Shown here piece after piece: positions 12,555 to 24,078 of a DNA stretch of 64,000 nucleotides. Each line of letters starts with the position of its first letter. The stretch's first letter is position 1. Origin of the DNA: Antedon mediterranea (Eukaryota; Animalia; Echinodermata); NCBI RefSeq assembly GCF_964355755.1, contig NC_092680.1, forward strand, positions 14,145,045 to 14,209,044, given 5' to 3'. Position numbers and translations under genes: made by a program. The notes below the pieces were generated by a model, which had not been told where the DNA came from, searched no databases, and saw nothing but the letters and a program-made list of their open reading frames with translations.

Positions 12555-13870
12555 CTCAGCCCCACCATAGTTGGGGCTAAGGAAAGAAAATTTTGAAAAA
12601 TAGAGCTGCTCGATGGCCGGAAATGGCACTTACCGTACTGACGCGGGTATAAGCCCATACTCGGGTATAAAGCCCACCCCGACTTTTGACTAATTTTCAT
12701 GAAAAATGAGGCACTCGGGTATTAGCCCACCCATTAATTCGAAGATCTACAGTGTGTGTCGTAATACATTATTTTGTATTTGGCGACGTCCATACACCGA
12801 ATACACCTACCTTTGATCATAACCAAGCTAGGCTAATATACGCTAGGCCATATGAGGCCTAGCGGTCCTGTTTTGTTTACACTCCATCGCGGTCGAAGAT
12901 CGCTTCACACACGACGCTACAAGTCGCCAAAACGGAAAACCACTATTTGGTATCAGCTGCCATAAACAAGCTTATTAAATTTCTTTGGTACATTTCTATT
13001 TAACGAACATTGTATACTTGCTTTTCTGCTTGATACATTCTTGTTAAATTGATGTTTAAAATAAGATATTCTACGATAAATTACACGAACTATAAACTCT
13101 ACACCTCGTGTATTTAGAGGCGAGGCAACGTCGTACACGTGAGGGCGCTCGCTCGCATGGTGGAATACACAGTGTACATGTGCTGTTTTTGAAGATCTGC
13201 ATTTTTGGATCCTCGGGTATAAGCCCACCCCCCAAACTTGATGTGATTTCATGTTCGAGGGGGGTGGGCTTATACCCGCGTCAGTACGGTAATTTCAAAT
13301 ATGAAATACAAATATATTTATTAGTACCTCCAGGATCTTAGCAAACTATGGTCCAAAAATGGCACTCATAATTTAAAATAGGAAATAAAAATATATATCC
13401 TAGTGTCTCAAGGACCTCAGCCCCAAAATGGTTAGGGCTGAGGTAAGAACATTTTGAAAAATAGAGCTGTTCGATGGCCGGAAATGGCACTTAATTTCAA
13501 ATATGAAATAAAAATATATTTATTAGTGCCTCTAGGATCTTAGCAAACCATGGTCCAAAAATGGCACTCATAATTTAAGATAGGAAATAAAAATATATAT
13601 TAGTGTCTCCAGGACCTCAGCCCCACCATGGTTGGGGCTGAGGTAAAAAATTGGGGGAATAGAGCTGCTCGATGGCCGGAAATGGCACTTAATTTAAAAT
13701 AAAAATGTGTAAAAGTCTCTAGGACCTCGGGCCATTATGGTCACTGGGGCTGAGGTAAGAACATTGAGCTACGATTCCCGGAATTGGAACTTAATTTGAA
13801 ATATGGAAAAAAATTCTCTAGTAGAAAAAATGTTCAAAATTAGAGCTGCTAAGTTACCGGAAATTGCCCT
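12555..13870. repeat. Degenerate tandem repeat (~120-190 bp units) interrupted by the MITE
   Basis: Recurrent ctcagccccaccatggttggggctgagg hairpin and agagctgctcgatggccggaaatggcactta at ~12556, 13416, 13616, 13726. Confidence 0.75.
12633..13289. mobile_element. Tc1/mariner(pogo)-type MITE, TA TSD
   Basis: TA|ccgtactgacgcgggtataagccca ... tgggcttatacccgcgtcagtacgg|TA; internal cgggtataagcccaccc repeats; empty site aaatggcacttaattt in the neighbouring tandem units. Confidence 0.88.
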
Positions 13871-14994
13871 TTTAAGGGCCGGTAGGGGTGTGGGCGCTTT
13901 TTATACTTATGAACTGAACAAACAAAACCCCTTTCATAATGTTTTAGTTCAATTGTCTCTACATCATCTGTGGGGATCCAATAACCTGCATGATCTCTGT
14001 AATAGAGCAACATAATCGGTCAATCGCGGCTATTCTCGGCGTTTCGTTGTGCTGACTATCGCACACACGGTAGTTTCTGAGCAGAAGCCTGCCAGCCTAT
14101 CATAAGAGTCGATTGAGTCCGAAATGAAAGGATGGAGGAACTAATGTACGGAAAAAACTTGACAGACCTGTTTTGTACGATATGATATTGTGCAAGGTGA
14201 TATGCAAGATTAACCAAATATTATTCTTGTTCTGTGGTATATTATTTTTTTGGTTGTTCAAAAAACACAAAATTATGCCAGATTATGCTAAAAACGGCTA
14301 AATAATGCCGCGGCATTATGCCAGATGCCGCGGGCCTCCAAATAATGCCAAAAAGCATAATAATGCCAGAAATGGCAACTATGTTTCAAACCACGAGTTT
14401 GCATTATGCATGATGCTAATTAGGATTGTTTACAACTCGTCACGGTTGAGAAAGTGTTCTCACACAGATCGCGAGGAAGTTTTATGATGATGCATACAGA
14501 GTAGCCAAACAAGCGCGTTGCATTATGAAATATGTTTTGATCGAAAACTTTGACTGGAAGTCAAAGTTATTTTTTGAACAAAAAAACATCTGTATTTCAG
14601 TTAAATGATTTTTTTTAAACAAATTTTTGGTGAAAGTTAATACTGTAACTATTATGTTTTTGAAATCTTTTTTTTACATTTTTTTGGAATTAGTCAAAGG
14701 AACAATACATCTTTAATGTTTATTATACCTATATCTCACCTTTTATGAGTTCTTTGTAAAAGGAATTGTACATTGTAAATAAAAATTGTAGTAGCATTTG
14801 ATTAACGTTTTTAATTTTTTGTTTGTCAACAACCACATTCAACATACAGATTTATAGATTATCGTTAAAACAATGGAAAAAAGGGGACTGAGATTTGTTT
14901 TATATAAATTGTCTACATGATGATGTTACATGGTTGTAGATAGAGTATGGGGCGTTGTATTATAAGGTACGTGCGCAGTCAAACATGGTAAAGG

Positions 14995-15120
14995 ACAAGC
15001 TTGCTGGTTATCGTGCGTGCCTTCCAATCCCAAGGTCCGGGGTTCAATCCTGACCTAGTGCACCCACGCCTCTTTCAACTCCACTGCCTAAGCCTCAAAT
15101 GAGACTTAGTTTATAAGCAT
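14995..15120 (+). mobile_element. Probable decayed tRNA-derived SINE head
   Basis: tggttatcgtgcgtgccttccaatcccaaggtccggggttcaatcc with a B-box-like motif. Confidence 0.4.
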
Positions 15121-15951
15121 AATAAATTATAAATTAATAATTATACATCCTGTAATTGGCGAGTTACTCGGGTTTGGATACGTATGAAATAGAAAACAGA
15201 TAAAAGTGGTATTTGAGAAGTTTATAAATTTATTGTAATGATTAGCGTATCGTTAATTTACCATGACCGTCCTATTCAAATTAACGAATTTATTTTATTA
15301 TAAGGTTCAACACGGGACCGTGCTTCTAGATCAGCTAATACGATTATACCAACACACACACATTTTGTACTCTATCACGGAAGAGTTAAATTAAATTATT
15401 AAATGTAATTTAACTCTTTCGTACTATTAAAGTAAATCGTTTGTAATTGAACCTTTGGCGCATGTTACAGAAACATAAAAAACACACCTTAATTTATTGT
15501 TTTAAAATTGTAATTGTGATGGAATCTTTTTTTGTATTTATATATACTGTACTTTATAACTTCATTTTTAAAACTGTTTGTATGGGTCGAACTAATACAT
15601 ATTATAGGCCTATACATTTACCATTTTAAAACGTAAGCGGACTCAAGCTTAGTTTCTCGTATTCGTGTTTTAAATAGACACAATAAATTATTCATATTGA
15701 TCTATATTATTAACCGCCGTTCAATTTCCCATTAAAGATGTTTTTCCCCCTGAAAAAATTCAACAACATTTTTGTTGAATATGCCATTTTAATGTAACAT
15801 AATAGTTATTATACACTTTCACCAAAAATTGGATCGAAAAAATATGTATTTACCTGAAAAAAACTGTAATTTAAAGCAAAAATTGGTCAAATTGGCTGCC
15901 AGCCATGGGTTTTTGGTGGAATTTAACCATTTATTTGGTCATTTTATAAGT

Positions 15952-16060
15952 AACAAGGCCAACAGCCATAAGTCGCGTGCTAAAACGCATAGTGATACCG
16001 GACCGACAGACAGACCGACCAACATAGTGAACTATAGAGTCGCGTCCACGCGACTAAAAA
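15952..16060. repeat. ~110-bp dispersed mini-element, second copy
   Basis: Matches 3008-3120; hairpin agtcgcgtccacgcgact shows a compensatory change. Confidence 0.75.
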
Positions 16061-18146
16061 CATTTTTTTTTTTTTTTTTTTCTACTGAAGTGATTAACTT
16101 TATTAAAATTACAAAATAACATATTCAAAGTCTGATTTAATTAATCTTAATTTTTCATGTTTTTTTTTTTGGAGGGGGGGGGGGGGGCAATACATCTTTA
16201 ATATTTCTAATATAAGTACTACAGTAGTAAAATATCTAACACAAACCGGTACAGGATTGAACCATAGCATGATCTGCAACGTCAACGATGCGTCAAAACA
16301 CAAACGATGCTTTGTGATGTCAAATATTAGAAGAAATCGGCTGACTAGGTGTACTGTAAGTTGTGGGTTAAAAAGAGCTGGACAAGGGTTACAAAAGCCT
16401 GCACATGATACTTTTAATTGATTTCTACCAGGTCTACAATTGAACATGATGATGTGTTTGTTATGGTTAATCATTGGAGTATTTGTTAGTGTTACTGAAG
16501 CGGCAGGTAATCATATATTTTTTTCAAGATATCATATAATTCGTTCCAGTGTTGATCGACTCGAACTGCTTTTAGAGATCGTATAATATAAATGAATTAG
16601 GCCTACATTTTACACGTATTGTTTTTATAAGAAATATAACGCCGCCTTAGATTATTTCCCGAATTAAATATTGTAGGGCTACCTTAAGGTAAGGTAAGGT
16701 TGTGGACCTAATACAACGAAGACCAAATCATAATTATTTAAAGGAGGAGCAATATTTATTTTGTGTGAATCATAATTTCATAAAAGTTCATATTCATTTT
16801 GATTCGCTGTAACTGTTTTTTGTCTTTGTGTCTTTTATGTGTAAACTGACTTTGGGGTTGGGTCAACCGGCTCAGCTACAGTGATTAAGTTCACTTAGGT
16901 TGTCCCTGGTCTCCCCAATTTCAGTTTTTTTTGTTTTGTATTTACTTAAATAGACCAAATAAATAATGAAATGAAATGAAATAATTCAATTCCTGACATG
17001 CGATCGTGTTTTGAAACTAGGGTGGGTGTTTATTTTAGTTCGCATATTTTGCTCACCACCAGCATCTGTGCTTATTTTTGGAATACTTAATAATAGATAA
17101 AATACATTTTAATATATAATAATGTATATTATATAATATAATTTTTATTTATATAAATTTTATTGCTTATTTATTTTAAAATATGCCTCTATTATTAGTG
17201 ACAGAGGACAAGGAAGCCCGGATCAAAAACATATTCACACGTCGTCCACTATAAACACATTTTAAATATAAAACAAAACATAGTAATTATTGTAATTTTG
17301 AATTGGTATAGGTCACATCTTTAAAATATAAGTTTCTTATTAATTTATAATTATCTTCTAATGAATTATTATTAAAATACAGTATACATGTCACATGTCG
17401 CCCTGCCAAACTAAACTTTATGAAAGGAGCTTTGCGCTGCGTCTGTAAACTCCAGAGTCAGGAGAGCTAGCCTGCTAAACTTTACATTGGAAGAATAGGG
17501 ATGGAGCTTTACGTCCGCAAACTCTCCAGAGTCACGAGAGAGTTAGCCTGCTAAACTTTACCGGAAGTCGATAGTTTCGCCTGAACGGTTTTCTATTCAA
17601 AGCATACAGGCAAGCATTGCACTGGTAGCTGGGGGGAAGACAACAGTTAGAACAGCATTCGTGTTCTAAGGTCTTGGCTCTAAGGGAATTAAATACTTTT
17701 TAAAGTTTCAAAATACGTTATATTTGATGGATTTTTACAAATCGAAGATAAATTTGTATGTTTTACATACTTCTGAACACATTTATCTTGTTTAAAGTGA
17801 TGAAATATGTTTCTGAAAAAAGTTAGGATATGCTGTAAAAACTTGTAGTAGGCCTACACATGTTATCAGTTGATTAATCTATTATGTAAACAATGCTAAT
17901 TACTTACAATGCAATTTTGACTGGTGACTCTACTTATCCCTCAAATTTCATATACCCCAGCAGACATAGCATCATTCTAAATGTATAGGTTAAGCAACCA
18001 GGTAAAGATAATAAACATTAATTCATATGCAAATCGAGCGAGCGTCAACCATCAGGTTCATAATAGGAAGCATATCAGTACTCTACAACTATCAGTCACA
18101 AGACAAATTCTTCCTCCTTGTGAACGTACGATAAACGCAATTAGTT

Positions 18147-19558
18147 ATGAACAGCCGACACTCAGTAGTCTGGAGGTTTCTGACGGTTTCTATACTAAAC
18201 TATGTAGTATTTGCAAACGGTAAGAGTAATACACTCACAGTGTCATTTTAAAATGTGTTTTATATTTTGAAAAACTTGGCAAAATTACTAAATTTGACAA
18301 TTTATATATATGAATTGAATTTTTTTCTGATTATCGATGCAAACTGCATGCATGAATCTATTAATATAATAATGATATAGGCCTAACGTACATTTTTGAA
18401 AGGTTTTTGTTTTACATGCTTTAGATTATCCAACAAAATGGAACATAGTTTGCAATGCAGTGTTCTAATCTCATCGTATTTGTTTGTTGTCACTCTCTGT
18501 CCATAATTTTAATTTAGGCCTACGTTATAAAATGCAACTTTACAAACTTACTGTACATTGTACATTTCCTTCTATGTCAGATGATTGTCCAGAAGAAGTC
18601 AAACACGGAGAAAGAAATAGTAAGGGTGAAGTGACATGTGACACGGGCTACAACAGAGTAGAATGTAGTACACCAACTCCTGCACCAGCAGGATATGAGG
18701 CGGCGAAATGTGAACTTGGTGGTAAGCGTTATCAAATTCATACTCATGAAAGCCCTTCAGACTTAGGCGGGTAATTTTGTATATATATATATATTTGATT
18801 ATATCAGCAGCGCATTTATTCAACAAGTCTTTTTTTTCAGATTTAGTTTCTCTTGCTGTCGCCGTTGCTTTGATGGTCATCCTCGTTATTGCTTCCATTT
18901 TTATTTTATCCATTATTTTGCGAAGGTAACGTTACACTAGTTTGCAATTATAGTTTTAACATGTATGTGTATTCTGTTTCGATGGAAAATAGAGGTAATT
19001 AAACGATGTCGATATTTATATACTTGCATTGTTATTTGTCAAATTTAAACATTAATTGTTTTAGATAAAACAATCAAATAGAATTAATGTATATACAATA
19101 ATAATCATCATTATCATCATTTGTTCCATAGTCTACATTTTGCATATTATTTTTTATAAGAATAATGTTACATACATCTGGTAATTACTGGTAAAAATGT
19201 TAAAATGCATATTTGCACTGAATCTATATATTCATGATTTTTGTAACAGATTTTGTAATAGAGGAATACGTTCACGTCGGAGAGATTTGACAACAAACTC
19301 AGCTATAGTAGAAGGTGGTTCGGTATTAGAATCAGGGTATGGCTACTACTAATGTTATTTATGTGCGAACAATATTGAGAACATTAACACAATTTTATAT
19401 TCCTAAGTGATTTTGCCAATGTAGTATTCCTGAAATACTTACTTTGGCCTCTATTGTAATTCTTTAGGATTGAAGTGACTGTAGCCAATGATGAACTTTA
19501 TAGAATTCAAGAACCACGCTATGTGTATGAACAACAACTTATATCCACACAAAAATAA
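18147..19558 (+). CDS. Type I membrane protein: signal peptide, single sushi/CCP-like module, TM helix, Tyr-motif cytoplasmic tail (158 aa if read to TAA)
   Basis: Exons 18147-18219 (MNSRHSVVWRFLTVSILNYVVFAN), 18581-18721 (DDCPEEVKHGERNSKGEVTCDTGYNRVECSTPTPAPAGYEAAKCELG, phase 1-1), 18841-18925 (DLVSLAVAVALMVILVIASIFILSIILRR), 19250-19336 (FCNRGIRSRRRDLTTNSAIVEGGSVLESG), 19468-19558 (IEVTVANDELYRIQEPRYVYEQQLISTQK*). All four introns are GT-AG and phases match. Confidence 0.82.
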
Positions 19559-19653
19559 GTTATAATGAGTTTTGCTAAAAGTGTATTGTATCTTTCTCTG
19601 TTTCTTACCTTATGTGAATGCTTATTCTCTTTTTATAATGGTTTTATTGTTAG

Positions 19654-19761
19654 AAATTGTCAACAAGAAGCAGATAATGAAGCCACCGATGGATGTGATG
19701 TTGATGTAACTGACGGAATCCAACTACACCATGCGTACGAAAAATTTATATTGACTCAAAC
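19654..19761 (+). CDS. 108-bp phase 2-2 cytoplasmic exon, copy 1 (NCQQEADNEATDGCDVDVTDGIQLHHAYEKFILTQ)
   Basis: Acceptor ttttattgttag|, donor |gtaagt, open frame; 3' end resembles the previous exon (YEQQLISTQ). Confidence 0.72.
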
Positions 19762-19842
19762 GTAAGTTAATGAACAACTTCCTGGTTTTACCATACGTAT
19801 ATATATTTCTCTCTTGTCTGTATTGTTATTCTTAACGCTTTA

Positions 19843-21279
19843 TTAGGTTATATGCATTATCATGCATATGACCTCTTGATTCTGTCAAAATCTTTGTTTA
19901 TTTATTCTTTCCTTAGCACTATTTTGTCCGTGAATTATCTTGATATCAGTTTCATCTAGCTAAGTCAATTTTTCAGAGTATATTCCTTATGGCCAGGAAT
20001 CGATGTGGTTATGTTTTCACGGTGCGCAATCAAACATTACGCGGTCTACGCGCGATTTAATGAAATCACGTTTGTAATCATATCTTCACAAGCATGAATC
20101 ATTTTTAAACAAAATTTGGTACTCATAAATGTCAGGTCATATTTCATCATATGGCAATACGATTACGTGTGTAGCGCATATAACGCATGCGTACGCGCGC
20201 TTAAAATGTTCAAAATTGTCAGAATTTATTTTTGATGAAATTAGACTACGTTTCAGGCAATTTTAAGCGTTTAAAAAACTACCATGAGTGCAGATTTTTG
20301 CGCGTCAAACGTTAATACGCACTTTTTTTGTCCGATTACTGTTGTATAACCTTTCTTTGATAATATCATCATATTTTATTCACTTTTCAACGCGAAACAG
20401 CGTTATACGAGCAAGTTAACGAGGTAAGTTAACAAAATGGTAAAAATATGCTAAATTTTAAAATTAATATATATCGTTAGAATGCTCGGGAACACCAATT
20501 TTTTATTTCATTTTCTTGAAGTGTATGTATCATATGTATTATTTATTATGAAATTAAGAGAAAAAAAGTTGATTAAGTCATCATTAATGGCATATTAAAT
20601 TTAAAAAAAATTATTTTGACAATCAAACAAATTATAACATTTTCTTAGGCCGAAATAACAAACTTAACATTAACTTTCTTCCTTAAGAAGTTCATATATT
20701 AAAGTTAAAAGTATATAGTTTGACAGTGCATCATTTGTTTACATTTTAAAGATGTCATCATAGTAAAAAATTATAATTCATTGCGGTATGTAATAATCTA
20801 TTTTCACCAAACTGGTTACTGCATAGTAAATACACGGAGGAATTTTTCTACAACTTTTAGTCAGTTGTGTATGGCTCGATGGTCTGTGCTCGTGTCTATG
20901 GCATTCAAGGTACCGAGATCGAGTCTCACCTTGGGAAACGAAATAATATTTTTTTTTATTATCCGTATTGTTTGTTCAAATTTATTTCTTAGTGTATAGA
21001 TTATACACATGATTTATAATGAAATCTAGATAAAAAGTAACTTATGTCTTTATTATTATGTAACAACAAATGTGGTTTATGACATTATACGCATATGGAT
21101 CTTTGATCGGATTGTGATACCAGCTATGGTGTTCGCGTTAGCAAGGTCCTATCATATATTATAAATAATTAAAGATTCTGAGAAAACCAATCAATCAATA
21201 TATCTTTTAAAAATCAATTATCTTTATTTAAATCAATGCATATAACCTATAATTCGTCATAGTGACGAATTAAATCTAG
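19843..21279 (+). mobile_element. HINE (Helentron-type non-autonomous element), variant A, first copy
   Basis: 5' palindrome aggttatatgcattatcatgcatat(g/a)acct; 3' subterminal inverted repeat aatgcatataacct, hairpin aattcgtcatagtgacgaatt, end ctag|tt; no TSD. Confidence 0.8.
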
Positions 21280-23941
21280 TTTATTTATTCTTTCCTTAGC
21301 ACTATTTTGTCCGTGAATTATCTTGATATCAGTTTCATCTATCTAAGTCAATTTTTCAGAGTATATTCCTTATGGCCAGGAATCGATGTGGTTATGTTTT
21401 CACGGTGCGCAATCAATCATTATGCGGTCTACGCGCGATTTAACGAAATCACGTTTGTAATCATATCTTCACAAGCATGAATCACAATTAAACAAAATTT
21501 GGTACTCATAAATGTCAGGTCATATTTCATCATATGGCAATACAATTACGTGCGTAGCGCATATAACGCTTGCGTACGCGCGCTTAAAATGTTCAAAATT
21601 GTCAAAATTTATTTTCGATGAAATTAGAGTACGTTTCAGGCAATTTTAGGCGTTTAAAAAATTGCCATGAGTGCGCAGATTTTTGCCCGATTTCTGTTTT
21701 ACAGTCTTTCTTTAATAATATCATCATATTTGATCCACTTTTCAACTCGAAATTGCGTTATACGAGCACGTCAAAAGTGACAGGCTACGCACGTATAAGT
21801 TAACAAAATGGTGAAAATATGCTAAATTTTAAAATTAATATATATCGTCAGAATGCTGGGGAACACCTATTTTTTTGTTTCATTTTCTTGAAGTGTATGT
21901 ATCATATGTTTGATTTATTATCAAATTAAGAGAACAAAAGTTTATTAAGTCTTCATTAATTGCATATTAAATTTAAAAAAAATTATTTCGACAATCAAAC
22001 AAATTATGACATTTTCTTAGGCCGAAATAACAAACTTAACATTAACTTTCTTTCTTAAGAAGTTCATCATCATTTTTTTACATTTTTAAAGATGTCATCA
22101 TAGTAAATAATTATAATTCATTGCGGTATGTAATAATCTATTTGCACCAAAGTGGTTACTGCATAGTAAATACACAGAGGAATTTTTCTACAACTTTTAG
22201 TCAGTTGTGTATGGCTCGATGGTCTGTGCTCGTGTCTATGGCATTCAAGGTACCGAGATCGAGTCTCACCTTGGGAAACGAAATAAGATTTTTTTTTTTT
22301 ATTATCCGTATTGTTTGTTCAAATTTATTTCTTAGTGTATAGATTATACACATGATTTATAATGAAATCTAGATAAAAAGTAACTTATGTCTTTATTATT
22401 ATGTAACAACAAATGTGGTTTATGACATTATACGCATATGGATCTTTGACCGGATTGTGATACCGGCTAAGGTGTTCGCGTTAGCAAGGTCCTATCATCT
22501 ATATATAAATTATGGTTAATTCTGACATAGGCGAGCACAATGCAAAAACTTCGGTACAAATTTCCGCCTTGGATACCTACCTTATCTATCCGAGATGTAC
22601 CGCGAAACGTAGATTTGATAACATTAGTGTGCACGCCGACGCTATTGTTCCATATTTATATCTTAGGAAGATATTATAAAGAGTTTTTTAACAACATTTA
22701 TGATTTCAACATTGGATTTTCCTCTCAATTTCAATTCTTCCCGGTCAAAGTAATTTCCGGGTTTAAGATAAGTTCACCTTAGTTTCAAATATTTTCTCTC
22801 TTTTATACACAAGGGAGCAGTTAAAATAATAGATTTGACCCTAAAGGTGGCACTTTCCATCAATCAATACAGTGTCCCTTTGGAAGACGAAAAAAAAATT
22901 GGCCATTAATCATAGCCATTTCAGTTTTTTGTTTATTTTAAAACATACCACACTTGTGTGAAGGTACAGTAGTTAAATAATAGGAATTATACTGCAAATT
23001 AATAAAGATCAAATTAAATATACGCCATAAAGAATCAGAATATATTGTGGGGAATAGTATTATAAAATTACATAGGGAGATTTGATAAGACATTTTTCGA
23101 GTGAAATCCCGATAGCTGAGTTTTATTGAGTAAGCTTGCAGGAATAACTGTAGGCTATCTTCCTGTGTCCCGTTAGGACCGAGATGTCTGCCCATGTTGC
23201 AAGCCGTAATGTCTTCTTTCTTGGGCCCACTCTGTCACGGCAGTTAGTTTCAAAAGATGATTAAATTAAATAATGTATTAATAATTATTAGGATGGTATT
23301 CATTTGAATAAACGCCTCTCCAATAAAACATCACTTTGAATAATAACAACCCCCCTCCCCACCCCACAACCCAACTATCTAATAAACGTCCATCCACATA
23401 TTTATAATAACACAATTTTAATATTTGTAGTAGAATTCACCGCACTGTTATCTGCAATTTACCAAGCATTTGTTATTCTTTTTAACCACTTTTCATATCT
23501 ATGAGAGGATTTCATTTGATTATAAATGTTACCATATTATTAGAACTAAAAAATTTAAAATATATCCCTCGAATAAGCAACTCCCTCAAATGACCTCCGC
23601 CTCCCCAAAGGGCCCTACCAAACAATAAAAACTATACTTTAAAATGTTATTAATCATCTAAAACACTTTGAAACAAAGTAGTTTAGTTTTACGAATGTCA
23701 AGCATTTTCAATAATGGTAACCGACAGAAAATGTATAAGGAGAACATTATCATTCCGAGAACCATCGTCTACACTTCCTAGAGGGGGAGCGAGCGAAGCG
23801 AGCTCACCCTCTAGTATATTATAAATAATTACAGATTCTGAGAAAATCAATCAATCAATATATCTTTTAAAAATCAATTATCTTTATTTAAATCAATGCA
23901 TATAACCTATAATTCGTCATATAGTGACGAATTAAATCTAG
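21280..23941 (+). mobile_element. HINE variant B, lacking the first ~54 bp, with nested Helitron
   Basis: Starts right after the CTAG of A at the sequence equivalent to 19897; same 3' structure. Confidence 0.8.
22498..23814 (+). mobile_element. Non-autonomous Helitron (1317 bp), copy 1
   Basis: 5' TC, 3' CTAG, subterminal hairpin gagggggagc..gctcaccctc, inserted between A and T with no TSD; empty site cctatca|tatattata at 42286/42287 and 43948/43949. Confidence 0.92.
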
Positions 23942-23970
23942 TTCTCTTTTTATAATGGTTTTATTGTTAG

Positions 23971-24078
23971 AAATTGTCAACAAGAAGCAGATAATGAAGC
24001 CACCGATGGATGTGATGTTGATGTAACTGACGGAATCCAACTACACCATGCGTACGAAAAATTTATATCGACTCAAAC
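23971..24078 (+). CDS. 108-bp exon, copy 2 (..HAYEKFISTQ)
   Basis: Same splice sites and open frame; TCG instead of TTG. Confidence 0.6.

Noticed and set aside
19555-19653. U12-type AT-AC intron explaining the AT donor
   Set aside because: No ATATCCTT donor consensus, and the acceptor is AG.
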